Source: an uncultured virus (IMG/VR IMGVR_UViG_3300025572_000450)
Taxonomy: Duplodnaviria; Heunggongvirae; Uroviricota; Caudoviricetes
Virus record (IMG/VR): IMGVR_UViG_3300025572_000450
Reading direction: 5' to 3' (one strand)
Length of the DNA stretch: 64,000 nt
Within the stretch, counting starts at the first letter, position 1. Each line of letters opens with the position of its first letter. The position numbers were made by a program, and so were the translations under genes. Below, one piece after another: positions 36,519 through 45,258 of the stretch. A model generated the notes under the pieces. That model had not been told where the DNA came from. It worked only from the letters and a program-made list of their open reading frames with translations, and did no database searches.

Positions 36519-38222
36519 ATGACGGCGATTATCCGTTATGAACAACCGAGACTCACCTTGTTAGATTGGTTCTTGAAGGCGTTTCAGTCAAAGCCCAAGT
36601 GTTTAATCGAGCCAATCGCCGAGCAGGACATCCCACAGGTTTGGGACTTGCTCAAGCAAATCGATTTTGATCACTTACAGGGAGATACCGAAAGTGTTGC
36701 ATTACGAAAATTGCAACAAGTTGCTCGCAATTTGGAGAAGCGCGGTGCGGTTGTACGAGGCGTCTATTTCAAGATCGATCGATCTTTTCCCATAGGCTTA
36801 ATTAAGATTCACAACCAGCACGAGGAACGCATTACACGCTATCTTTCATCTCTCAAGCTTGCACAAGGTTACGCCGTTGGGAGCTGGATTTGGTTAGCAC
36901 TTGCTTTTGCTCATCAAGTAACGAGGCCCATGCTCCCAGCTCCTGCACTGCGCAAGATGTTGCCAACAACGAACTCGCTGCGGTCAGTCAGGATTGATCT
37001 GCCAACGCCTGCTATTGAGACTTCCTTTGAGGCTCCCTTTGAGGCTCCTTTGGAAGTCTCTATCGAAGAACCTTTTGAGGCATCTATCGAGGCTCAACAG
37101 GATCTTACACCTGTGAAACCATCTCTTTCATACCCAAAGCCTTATATGACAGGCCAAGGCGCGATGAGAGAGCTTCATGTGGGTATTGGTACTGTAGATG
37201 GAGAATGGATTTATGCCCCTCTAGCTCATGGTGCTGTCATTAATCCAACTGGAGGTGGGAAAACAAACCTCTTCGCTTTGATGATGGCGCAGGTGCGTTA
37301 TCTCATGGCTCAAGGCGAACCGATTGAAATGTTCTATGCGACCTGTAAGTATGTGCCAATTGATCCTATCGACAAATTAGATCAACGGCCATTGATAGAT
37401 GGTCTTGATCGCAAAGCTGTAGCCATCGATATGAATGACATTTTGAGCTGGTTGGCTCGTGTATCTGCTTATGCGATGGCTCGATACAATCGAATGCGAA
37501 GTGAGCCAGGTTGGTTCCCAGAGAAAAAGGCTGTTGTTTTCTTAGACGAACTGAAGGGCTTTTTCGAGCTGCTAGGGGATGAGAAGGCAGGAAATACGAC
37601 CTACAAGAAGATGGCTTCTCGTTATCTGAAGATCCTACTTATTATGGCACGCGAGGCAAATATGCATGTCATATTTGCATCACAAGATTGCTACTGTGGG
37701 TCGGTAACACTCACACGGGCAGAAATGAAAAACCTTGGACTGGTGCTGATCCATCCATCAAGCGATGATCGTTCGCTAGAAAACGCTTTGGGGAAAGAAG
37801 CTCTCACATTGCCCAAAGGTGGATTACATGACTGGTATCTCTTTTCTAAGGCTCGGTCTGGGATTGCTCTGGTATCAGTGCCACGAGTCACCCAAGGATT
37901 ATTGCAAACATATGGACTCACAGGAACAAACATCGGCGTGTTTTTAAGCGAGACGACGCTAGGCTTTGTAGCTCATGTTGAAACTCCCCAAACGAACGAC
38001 TTGCCAGTTGAGGAGCTTGTAACGAGCGTGGCACAAAGATTAGGGTTTTCCCTACCTTTGGCACTGGTGGAGATTGAGAACAAACAAGTTCAGAGCCTCA
38101 TCAAGTTGGCTGCTAAGCGAGGCATGAAGGTGCAGCCTATTGCGAGATTACTTTTCGATGCCGGATCAAACGGACGTTTCCAGACTGAGCGGATCAAGCC
38201 GCTTGTTACTGAGAAATCTTAA
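36519..38222 (+). CDS. FtsK/SpoIIIE/TraB-like P-loop ATPase
   Basis: NPTGGGKT, VVFLDE, AREANMHVIFASQ; HTH-like C-terminus. Confidence 0.8.
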   Translation: MTAIIRYEQPRLTLLDWFLKAFQSKPKCLIEPIAEQDIPQVWDLLKQIDFDHLQGDTESVALRKLQQVARNLEKRGAVVRGVYFKIDRSFPIGLIKIHNQHEERITRYLSSLKLAQGYAVGSWIWLALAFAHQVTRPMLPAPALRKMLPTTNSLRSVRIDLPTPAIETSFEAPFEAPLEVSIEEPFEASIEAQQDLTPVKPSLSYPKPYMTGQGAMRELHVGIGTVDGEWIYAPLAHGAVINPTGGGKTNLFALMMAQVRYLMAQGEPIEMFYATCKYVPIDPIDKLDQRPLIDGLDRKAVAIDMNDILSWLARVSAYAMARYNRMRSEPGWFPEKKAVVFLDELKGFFELLGDEKAGNTTYKKMASRYLKILLIMAREANMHVIFASQDCYCGSVTLTRAEMKNLGLVLIHPSSDDRSLENALGKEALTLPKGGLHDWYLFSKARSGIALVSVPRVTQGLLQTYGLTGTNIGVFLSETTLGFVAHVETPQTNDLPVEELVTSVAQRLGFSLPLALVEIENKQVQSLIKLAAKRGMKVQPIARLLFDAGSNGRFQTERIKPLVTEKS

Positions 38223-38224
38223 CA

Positions 38225-38405
38225 CTGGAAAGGGAAACAAGCATCGGTATTGAAATCGAGTAATTTTCCAAGGCTTTAGGAAGCAGCGGAAAAGGTTTTT
38301 GACACTTTCCGGCAAGATTGAGGACTTTCCACTTTCCAGAAAGTGTCAAAAATTATACGCGAAAGCATATATAGATTTATATAAACCTATATAGATTTAT
38401 ATACA
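38225..38405. repeat. CTTTCC/GGAAAG repeats, 14-bp inverted repeat, and duplicated TATATAGATTTATATA
   Basis: ACTTTCC three times in 38304-38337; IR 38296-309/38339-352; AT direct repeat near 38368-38403. Confidence 0.65.
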
Positions 38406-38501
38406 GGAACGTATATGACTTACAACATGACACGGGTCTTGTATACATTGCGACCAACAGTAGGACGTAAATTGCTGATCGAATTAGAGGGAGCTGGACA
38501 A

Positions 38502-39647
38502 ATGACAATCCAAGAAGTCGAGAATGCTGCTACGCAGTTGGTAGAGGGTGATAAGAAGATCATTCGGATCGGCGGCGACTTTGGCAATGGTGCGACGAAG
38601 CTGGTCGCAAACAAAGAAGATCTGCAACGCTTGGGCATTCGTGCTCAGGCTCAGGTCACAATTCCAAGCGCAATTGGTGCGCGGCACGCTGGCTCTCAGG
38701 AGTTATACAAGCGACATCGTGTTGCTTATGGCGATGTTGCTGGACTGAAAGAGCAATCGAAGCTGCGAGACTTCTACATCCTCCAAGAGGGAATGATTGA
38801 GTATTTGGTTGGCAGTGCGGCTCAGGCATACGCGCTCGACGCGAACACTGCTCGCGGCGCTCAGTCTCGCTATTTTGATGGCTGGACGCGACGCTTGATG
38901 CTTGTAGCTCTGCACGCGATGTTTCCTGTTCTGCCTGATGACGTTGAAATCCATCTTATGACTGGCGTGCCAGCATCATTCTGGTCAAGCGAGATGGTTG
39001 AGAAGATCCGAACGAGCCTAGGCGGTCGTCATGCGGTTACGATCAACAATGAGACACGCACCTTCAACGTGGCTTTTGTGGATGTTGCTGTTGAGGGAGA
39101 GAGCGCTTTGCGCACGCTCAGCTTAGCTGATCAAGTGGTGTTTTGCCTTGATGTTGGCGCATACACGGCGGCCTATGGGGTATTCAAGATTACAGAGAAT
39201 GAAATCTTGAACTCACCAGCTCATGCGGGAGTCGAATATTTGGGCATTCAGGAAATGCTTGATGTTTTGGATAATGCGCTTGTATCCTCTAAGTTTCGCC
39301 CTCTTACGATCTTAGAACGCCAAGAACTGTTAGTCGCACTTCGCGACAAGCAAGCCTATTACATCATCGTCAATAATCAGCGTGTGCGTGTTGATGATGC
39401 GGCCCAGAAGGTTTTTAGCCAGCTGCTTGCCGATCTGATGCGTATCATCGGTAAGAAGATTGATCTGCGCAAGGTGCAGAAGGCTGTACTCGTTGGCGGC
39501 GGCGCATATTTCCTGATCGATGCCCTTAATCAGATCGCGCCGATCGCATTCGAGAGCTTTGATCAATCGGAATTCTTGAACGCTCTTGCGTACTTGAGCA
39601 TGCTTGGCGGTGATGTAAAGCGAGCTGCTAAAAAGCGAAAGAAGTAA
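38502..39647 (+). CDS. ParM/StbA-family actin-like ATPase
   Basis: GGDFGNGATK, LMTGVP, VEGESA, LDVGAYT, LVGGGA; the ORF is open from 38415. Confidence 0.9.
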   Translation: MTIQEVENAATQLVEGDKKIIRIGGDFGNGATKLVANKEDLQRLGIRAQAQVTIPSAIGARHAGSQELYKRHRVAYGDVAGLKEQSKLRDFYILQEGMIEYLVGSAAQAYALDANTARGAQSRYFDGWTRRLMLVALHAMFPVLPDDVEIHLMTGVPASFWSSEMVEKIRTSLGGRHAVTINNETRTFNVAFVDVAVEGESALRTLSLADQVVFCLDVGAYTAAYGVFKITENEILNSPAHAGVEYLGIQEMLDVLDNALVSSKFRPLTILERQELLVALRDKQAYYIIVNNQRVRVDDAAQKVFSQLLADLMRIIGKKIDLRKVQKAVLVGGGAYFLIDALNQIAPIAFESFDQSEFLNALAYLSMLGGDVKRAAKKRKK

Positions 39648-39650
39648 GCG

Positions 39651-39914
39651 ATGGCGCAAAAGAAGCCTGTTGTTTTATGCTCGGTTCCACCTGCCTTATT
39701 TGAAGCCCTAAAGCGAGAGGCAGAGCAAGAAGGAAAAAGCATCCCTGCTACGTTGGTTGAATGGGCACGAAATTGGCACAAACTACAGCAACAACAAGCT
39801 CCTGTAAATCCTCCTGTATCTCCTGTAAATCCTCCTGTATCTCCTGCTTTATTTACTGTAGAACCACTTGAAAGTGATCAAGATGACTTTGGCTTCTCAT
39901 TTGAAAGGCGATAG
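39651..39914 (+). CDS. Ribbon-helix-helix adaptor (ParR-like)
   Basis: VVLCSVPPALFEALKREAEQEGKSIPATLVEW; directly after ParM. Confidence 0.7.
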   Translation: MAQKKPVVLCSVPPALFEALKREAEQEGKSIPATLVEWARNWHKLQQQQAPVNPPVSPVNPPVSPALFTVEPLESDQDDFGFSFERR

Positions 39915-39916
39915 CC

Positions 39917-41194
39917 ATGGAAGTCAGACGACATCGCGAAGGGGAGAGCGGCCATACTCTCCCCTCGCCTTCCAAAGCCATTTCTATTTCAAGAGCACGC
40001 GGTTCTGGTTCTTTGCAACCCTCGCAACCCTCGCAACCGTTGTTGCCACAGCCTGAACCTGTTCGGGTGGTATATGAGATCCGGCATGTTCCTGCTGCTT
40101 ATGAGCAAGAAGAGCTGCATGCTACTTCACGCTGCTATCATAAACGCTTTCCTGCTTTTACAACCTTGCTCGTTGTGATACTTTTACTTGGCGCTGCTGT
40201 TGGCTCAGGAGCAGTAAAGATCCAGATAAGCAATACCTCACTAAGCAATGCCATAGCCAACTCATTTTCATTTCAGCAACCAGAAAAACCGATACTAAAC
40301 AACTATGCCGATTTAGGAATAGTGCAGAGCGCTCCTAGCATCGGGCCAGATAAGATCAATCAGATCTTGCAATCCTATGGCTCTCCTGCCGCTGGAACGG
40401 GTCAAGTCTGGTATGACTTGGGTCTTAAATACAATATCGATCCGGCCTATGCGATCGCCTTCTTTATTCACGAAAGTTCGGCGGGTACTAATCCGGCGTG
40501 GGCTGGCTGGAAAGATTACAGCAACCGTGTCAGTACCCATAATGTTGGCAACATCATTTGTGCTGGTTATTCGACCTGTTTTGGTCGTTTTCGTGACTAT
40601 CCCAACTGGGCCGCAGGCATAGAGGATTGGTATCGCCTTATTGCAGTGGAATATATCGAGGGGCGAGGTGCTGTAACGGTGGCCCAGATCATTCCGATCT
40701 ATGCGCCTTCCTTTGAAAACGATGTTCAAGCCTATGTGAACGCTGTTGAGCGCTTAGTCGATAGCTGGCGCAAGGAGAGCCAAAGCAGCTCGCAAGGCAG
40801 CACTAAAGCTGAATTGTGGCCGAATGCCACCGTTTGCGCTGGTACGCCGATTCATGATGGAGCATACGATTGGTGTGCTCCTCAAGGCACTCCAGTTCAT
40901 GCGCCGTGGGCTGGCACGTTTTTAGGGCAGGGATTTTATGCAGATGAGAGGCACTTCGGAGCCTATATGATGTTTTTGCGTGATGATGGGCTTGAAGTCT
41001 ACGTTGGCCATCTCGATCAAGAGACAGTTAACCCTTTGGGGTGGCAGCGAGGAGATCGTATCGAAGCTGGCCAGCAGCTTGGCCAGCTTGGGCCATTTCC
41101 CTTTACCGAGCCGCATGCCCACTTACAATTTTCTCGAAATGGGGATGTGATTTGGAATAGCGACTTATGGTGGAAAGAATACGGAGGGAATTAA
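39917..41194 (+). CDS. Membrane-anchored peptidoglycan hydrolase (glucosaminidase-like plus M23 peptidase)
   Basis: TM helix; IDPAYAIAFFIHES; HDGAYD..GTPVHAP..GHL..HAH. Confidence 0.85.
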   Translation: MEVRRHREGESGHTLPSPSKAISISRARGSGSLQPSQPSQPLLPQPEPVRVVYEIRHVPAAYEQEELHATSRCYHKRFPAFTTLLVVILLLGAAVGSGAVKIQISNTSLSNAIANSFSFQQPEKPILNNYADLGIVQSAPSIGPDKINQILQSYGSPAAGTGQVWYDLGLKYNIDPAYAIAFFIHESSAGTNPAWAGWKDYSNRVSTHNVGNIICAGYSTCFGRFRDYPNWAAGIEDWYRLIAVEYIEGRGAVTVAQIIPIYAPSFENDVQAYVNAVERLVDSWRKESQSSSQGSTKAELWPNATVCAGTPIHDGAYDWCAPQGTPVHAPWAGTFLGQGFYADERHFGAYMMFLRDDGLEVYVGHLDQETVNPLGWQRGDRIEAGQQLGQLGPFPFTEPHAHLQFSRNGDVIWNSDLWWKEYGGN

Positions 41195-41212
41195 GAGGTA
41201 TGCAAACAAACA

Positions 41213-41250
41213 AAAACCTCTACCGAATTCGGTAGAGGTTGTTTTTTATT
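41213..41250. terminator. Bidirectional terminator
   Basis: AACCTCTACCG / CGGTAGAGGTT with T-run, between convergent genes. Confidence 0.8.
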
Positions 41251-41272
41251 TAACCTGCCAATTTGCAGGCTG

Positions 41273-41479
41273 CTAGGCAGTAACTGCGTCTACCGAGGCT
41301 GCAATAACCATTCCAGGCTCAAAAGGGTTTTCCTCGGTTGCAATTTTTTGCAAAATGTCATGGATGATGTTGATCTGCTCCAAGCGCTCTTCAGTTGTTA
41401 GTTTATTCCATTCCTCGCTGTCGATACCGATGCGGATAGCTAAAGGTACAATCATAGTGCTTCTCCTGTTGTCAAGCAT
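41273..41479 (-). CDS. Hypothetical protein
   Basis: Short ORF in a run of minus-strand genes. Confidence 0.45.
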   Translation of the reverse strand: MLDNRRSTMIVPLAIRIGIDSEEWNKLTTEERLEQINIIHDILQKIATEENPFEPGMVIAASVDAVTA

Positions 41480-41661
41480 GCTTGACAGAACGATTCATCT
41501 TCTACCTGTTGGACATCACGAGCGATAAGGTCTTCTATGCTCTCAAAAACATGGCCACAAACTGGACATGTCTCGCCGAGCTGCATTAGCAGCTGTAACC
41601 GTACAATTGGATCGAGCGGTTTATTGTCTTCTTCTATGTTATTCATAGCTTCCTCAAGCAT
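41452..41661 (-). CDS. Small CxxC zinc-ribbon protein
   Basis: CPVC ... CQAC. Confidence 0.55.
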   Translation of the reverse strand: MLEEAMNNIEEDNKPLDPIVRLQLLMQLGETCPVCGHVFESIEDLIARDVQQVEDESFCQACLTTGEAL

Positions 41662-41810
41662 GTTCTTTGCGAATGCGTTCTATAGCCATATTAAGATTTT
41701 GCATTAGTTCAGTGCTGGATGTTTTCGGTAGCACTATTTTTGCGACGCACATGCAGTTTGATGGTACGTTCCTGAAGCTCAAAAGTCAAACGCACTATAG
41801 CTTTTGCTTT

Positions 41811-42245
41811 TCATAGCAGCTCTACCTGCACATATTCAATTGTTTCAACGCCCAAGATTTCTAAGAGAGCAATGCCGATTATATCGGCATGGCATGCATC
41901 GGCTCGATGATTGGTATGCTTGTAGGGCGGCCTTAGTTGTTTTGCGCACCAACAGCAGAGAGTGATATGCTTTTGCTCTGCTAACAAGCCAATTAAGCGC
42001 GCAAATTCCATTGATACTGGGTTAACAGAAAGCATCTGTCGTTGAAAATGGTCGTTGTATTTCTTGATAGCTTGATCTAATGACTGATCAGGCCGAAAAG
42101 GGTTGCCTAGAGGAGATCCTGTGCGAATGCTTGCCAATAGATCAGGATCAATATAGGGTGATTTAAATGCTGGCATTGCGCGGCCAACATAGACTGGTGT
42201 TATGAGTTTTGGTGTTGTAACATGAGCTATAGATACTTGGAACAT
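41811..42245 (-). CDS. DUF4326-like protein
   Basis: VYVGR, GSPLGNPF, LCCWCA, CHADII. Confidence 0.8.
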   Translation of the reverse strand: MFQVSIAHVTTPKLITPVYVGRAMPAFKSPYIDPDLLASIRTGSPLGNPFRPDQSLDQAIKKYNDHFQRQMLSVNPVSMEFARLIGLLAEQKHITLCCWCAKQLRPPYKHTNHRADACHADIIGIALLEILGVETIEYVQVELL

Positions 42246-42275
42246 TTCAGCACTTTTGAATCAAATAAGAGCCGA

Positions 42276-43820
42276 TTAAAGGACTATCGGCTCTCGATAG
42301 GTATTCCAAAACGGGCGAAATGTTGGGCTATATGCGAGGTCAAGCCCCATCAGCCACCCCATAGACAGCATAGAGGTCGTCGCCTCAACCAAGGGAGCGT
42401 AAGCTCCGGTTGGAGTGATGGCCTCTATGCTATTTGTCTCCTCTTTTCCTCTTGATAACCAGAACTTACTGATAATCCGCCGAATAAGCAGCCGTTGCAT
42501 TTCTGGATCAGCCTGCTTGAGTGCATCACCAATTGTGGTTAGCGTATTCACCGCCGAGACCAAGTCGAGCTGGCTAACAGTTTTTGGCCGAGCTGTTTTG
42601 AGCGCTTGCAGGCTTTCAAGCTGTCGACGGTAGGTCGCCTCGTCTATCCCTCCCAATGAAAACGCCAATGACAAGCGTCGCTTTTGTTCGTCGATCTGCT
42701 CGGGGCTAATCACCTTTACTTCTTGAGTCGCACCAATCATACCTTCGGCTATAGTAAGAATACGATCGCGCCAGTCCGTTGGAATAGCGAGTTGTTGCAA
42801 GATCGATATGGCTTGATCCTCAACAACTTGGGCGCTTACAAAGGGTGCGTCGCAGGTTCGCCGCGATCGACCAGAGCAGACATAGTAGATGCGACGCTTG
42901 CGATTGCCGTCGCCTGCGCTGGTATGCCTCCACATGCGTTCGCCGCACTTGGCACACCAGACCAGCTCGGTAAGTAATCCGCCCGTTTCAGGTAAACCTA
43001 CGCTAAAGCGCGCCTTTTTATGGGTGCGGTGTTCGCGGATCGATTGGGCCAGCTCAAAGGTCTCTTTGCTAACCAAGGCCGGGTGTTTTCCAGGGTATTC
43101 TTGGTCGTTGATGCTAACCATGCCAATATAGGCTTTGTTGCGCAAAATATAGCGTATGTTCTCGCGGCCAAACAGTCCGCGCTCTCCGGTCTTCCAATCG
43201 AGCGTGCGCCAACCACGCTGATTCAATTCATCTGCAAGCGAGGTATAGGAGTGCGAGCCAGAGGTATAGAGCGAAAAGATCAGCTGTACCGCTGGAGCAT
43301 CATTCGACGGCCGCAGTGTCGAGCCATCGCGTTCATAGCCGTAGGGCACCGGCCCAACCCAACCGCCCTGCATCGCCTTCTCTTGAAGGCCTTTTTTTGT
43401 TTCGGTCCCTAAGTTATCGCTGTAATACTGGGCGAAACTGGCCAGCATTGCAAGTGATACCTTACCCATGGGCGTTCGGAAATCGATCTGCTCGCTTACC
43501 GAGAGCACCCCTACACCGATCGCCTCCATATCTTCGACCAGCTTGAGGAGCAGCGCGGTATTGCGCGCTAGCCGATCGATCTTATGGGCGATGATACAGC
43601 TAAAGCGTTTAAGGTGAGCGTCGCGAATCATCTCATTAAAGGATGGTCGATCGGCTCGCCTACCGCTATAGTCATCGTCGATGTAGATACGATAGACCTC
43701 AAAGCCAAGGATTTCGGCGTAGGAGCGACATTGCCGCTCCTGCGCTTCGGTGCTGTACTCGCTCTGCTCTTCTGTGGAGCGGCGAATATAGATCGCCGCT
43801 CTTCGTGTAGACATAGCCAT
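42276..43820 (-). CDS. Large serine recombinase (integrase)
   Basis: YIRRSTEEQ, DDYSG..RP, IDRLAR, PYGY, Zn ribbon CAKC..YYVC..C, coiled coil. Confidence 0.95.
   Translation of the reverse strand: MAMSTRRAAIYIRRSTEEQSEYSTEAQERQCRSYAEILGFEVYRIYIDDDYSGRRADRPSFNEMIRDAHLKRFSCIIAHKIDRLARNTALLLKLVEDMEAIGVGVLSVSEQIDFRTPMGKVSLAMLASFAQYYSDNLGTETKKGLQEKAMQGGWVGPVPYGYERDGSTLRPSNDAPAVQLIFSLYTSGSHSYTSLADELNQRGWRTLDWKTGERGLFGRENIRYILRNKAYIGMVSINDQEYPGKHPALVSKETFELAQSIREHRTHKKARFSVGLPETGGLLTELVWCAKCGERMWRHTSAGDGNRKRRIYYVCSGRSRRTCDAPFVSAQVVEDQAISILQQLAIPTDWRDRILTIAEGMIGATQEVKVISPEQIDEQKRRLSLAFSLGGIDEATYRRQLESLQALKTARPKTVSQLDLVSAVNTLTTIGDALKQADPEMQRLLIRRIISKFWLSRGKEETNSIEAITPTGAYAPLVEATTSMLSMGWLMGLDLAYSPTFRPFWNTYREPIVL
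42313..42361 (+). other. att-like site containing the 3' end of a tRNA-His-like sequence
   Basis: GGTCAAGCCCCATCAGCCACCCCA (42338-61) lies within the integrase 3' end; no tRNA 5' half upstream. Confidence 0.6.
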
Positions 43821-43822
43821 GC

Positions 43823-43978
43823 TTAACCTCGTGCTGTGTGCTGTGGCGTATCTTGGCTAGATTGTACAGCACGTTGAGCGATCGCCAAGGCGATCGATGC
43901 CAGAGTTTGTAACAGCGCCTCGATCTGCTGCTGCTCTTTCTCTTCAGTATCACTGGGTAGGATTATGATCTCGGCCAT
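43823..43978 (-). CDS. 51-aa ORF directly upstream of the integrase (possible directionality factor)
   Basis: MAEIIILPSDTEEKEQQQIEALLQTL...; fills the gap between two genes. Confidence 0.45.
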   Translation of the reverse strand: MAEIIILPSDTEEKEQQQIEALLQTLASIALAIAQRAVQSSQDTPQHTARG

Positions 43979-43980
43979 GG

Positions 43981-44298
43981 TTACACCTTTAAGACTCTCA
44001 GCTCAATGTTGGGGTAGCGCTTGCGAAAGAACCACGCCTTGATACGGAATACCGGAGTCTCAACGCCCTTGATATCTTCCACAATGATTCGTTCACCGAT
44101 AGAGTAGCGAAAGTCACCGATGTAGACGGGCGCGCCTTTGCCATCGTCGAGCGGGTAGCGCGGTTGACAGACCAGATGCGCGATCGCGCCCTGCTTCTCC
44201 AGCTTCTTGAGCTGAATATACCTTCGTGCCTCGGCCTTGCTTGCGAAGCGGCGGCCATCCACGTGAACTGGCTGGTTGCCGTACTTGGAATAGCTCAC
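43981..44298 (-). CDS. DUF1064-like PD-(D/E)xK nuclease
   Basis: SKYGN..DGRRFASKAEARRY..YIGDF..VEDIKG. Confidence 0.85.
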   Translation of the reverse strand: MSYSKYGNQPVHVDGRRFASKAEARRYIQLKKLEKQGAIAHLVCQPRYPLDDGKGAPVYIGDFRYSIGERIIVEDIKGVETPVFRIKAWFFRKRYPNIELRVLKV

Positions 44299-44657
44299 GA
44301 GTATTCTTCCTCCAGCTCAAAATCCTCTTCATCTGTGTTGTACAGATCTTCGTCGAGCGCCCGCTCCAGCGGGGTGGCCTCGGGCTGCTTCTTCTCTCGC
44401 AGAACGGTGTCCTCGATCTTGGTATTGAACTTGACCTCGATGCCAGGCGCGCGACGGTAGAGCTTTTGCGCAATAGTGGATTTTGCCCGCTGCAGATCCT
44501 CGGTGCTGAGAAAGTAGAGCTTGAACTTGATCTCGCTACCCGCTTCAACTTCAAGAATATCGGCTAAGCGCTCGAGAAAGTCGCGACGGTCTGCATCGCT
44601 GCCAAGCTTTGCGGTGATGGTCAATTCGGCCTTAGTGTTTTGCACATCAGCTTTCAC
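44295..44657 (-). CDS. Hypothetical protein
   Basis: Coupled ORF with acidic tail. Confidence 0.55.
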   Translation of the reverse strand: MKADVQNTKAELTITAKLGSDADRRDFLERLADILEVEAGSEIKFKLYFLSTEDLQRAKSTIAQKLYRRAPGIEVKFNTKIEDTVLREKKQPEATPLERALDEDLYNTDEEDFELEEEYS

Positions 44658-44671
44658 TGGTATCTCTCTTC

Positions 44672-44938
44672 CTATGCTGCTGTTCGGCGAATCCTGGGCC
44701 GACGTCGCGAATGCGTCGGCTGCGGCATGGGTACGACCTCAAGGCCCAAGTTGTTGATGCGAGCGATCTCCCGGCGGCGCCGCTCCCAGGCGTGAGCCAG
44801 CTGCTCGCGCAGGCTTGCCGCTTGCTCGCGGTTTATTCCTCGATCCGGCCAAGAATGATATAGCTCACGTAGTCGCCGCTCGAGTCGTTGCACTTGCTCT
44901 AGTGCGGGTTGCGGTGGTGAGTGAGTTCGGAAGCGCAT
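44672..44938 (-). CDS. Hypothetical basic protein
   Basis: Start overlaps the HNH stop. Confidence 0.45.
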   Translation of the reverse strand: MRFRTHSPPQPALEQVQRLERRLRELYHSWPDRGINREQAASLREQLAHAWERRRREIARINNLGLEVVPMPQPTHSRRRPRIRRTAA

Positions 44939-45246
44939 TACAAACCTCTCTGAGATTTGCGAGCCTTGCGAGTCTGGGCTGCTTTTTTGGCTCGCATTGG
45001 TGCGTCGAGTCTGTTGTGACAGCGCTGGCAAAGCGCTTGAAGATTCTCGGGTCTGCAATCCATAGGATCAGGATTTTGAATATGTGCGATCGTCAAGACA
45101 ATTCGTGCATTCTTGCCTGTTTTGTCGTTGTAGCGAGTGGCATAGTTGGCGATACCACAACGTTCACAGTGATGCTTGGCGCGCTCAAGGATCTGGGCGC
45201 GAATCTGTTTCCAGTTGGGCGGGTACAGCTTGTAATCGATTGGCAC
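44938..45246 (-). CDS. HNH endonuclease
   Basis: CERC..LTIAH..NLQALCQRCHN. Confidence 0.85.
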   Translation of the reverse strand: MPIDYKLYPPNWKQIRAQILERAKHHCERCGIANYATRYNDKTGKNARIVLTIAHIQNPDPMDCRPENLQALCQRCHNRLDAPMRAKKAAQTRKARKSQRGL

Positions 45247-45258
45247 TTGAGCCCTCGC

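Larger units (their letters stand above)
343..41250. mobile_element. Phage 1: siphovirus-like phage, probable phage-plasmid (boundaries approximate)
   Basis: Ordered head, neck and tail genes plus ParM/RHH and FtsK-like genes; shared operator motif at 845, 13124, 14173 and 35082. Confidence 0.8.

Noticed and set aside
39801..39846. 21-bp tandem duplication in the RHH gene
   Set aside because: It encodes a low-complexity PVNPPVS linker with no evidence of a separate function.
42290..42361. Complete tRNA-His gene
   Set aside because: Only the T-arm 3' side and acceptor end are present; no D or anticodon arm.
42276..43820. Phage 2 integrase as the mobiliser of the 14422-21629 element
   Set aside because: Its att-like site shares no visible similarity with the element arms, and the element's own remnant is a different recombinase type.
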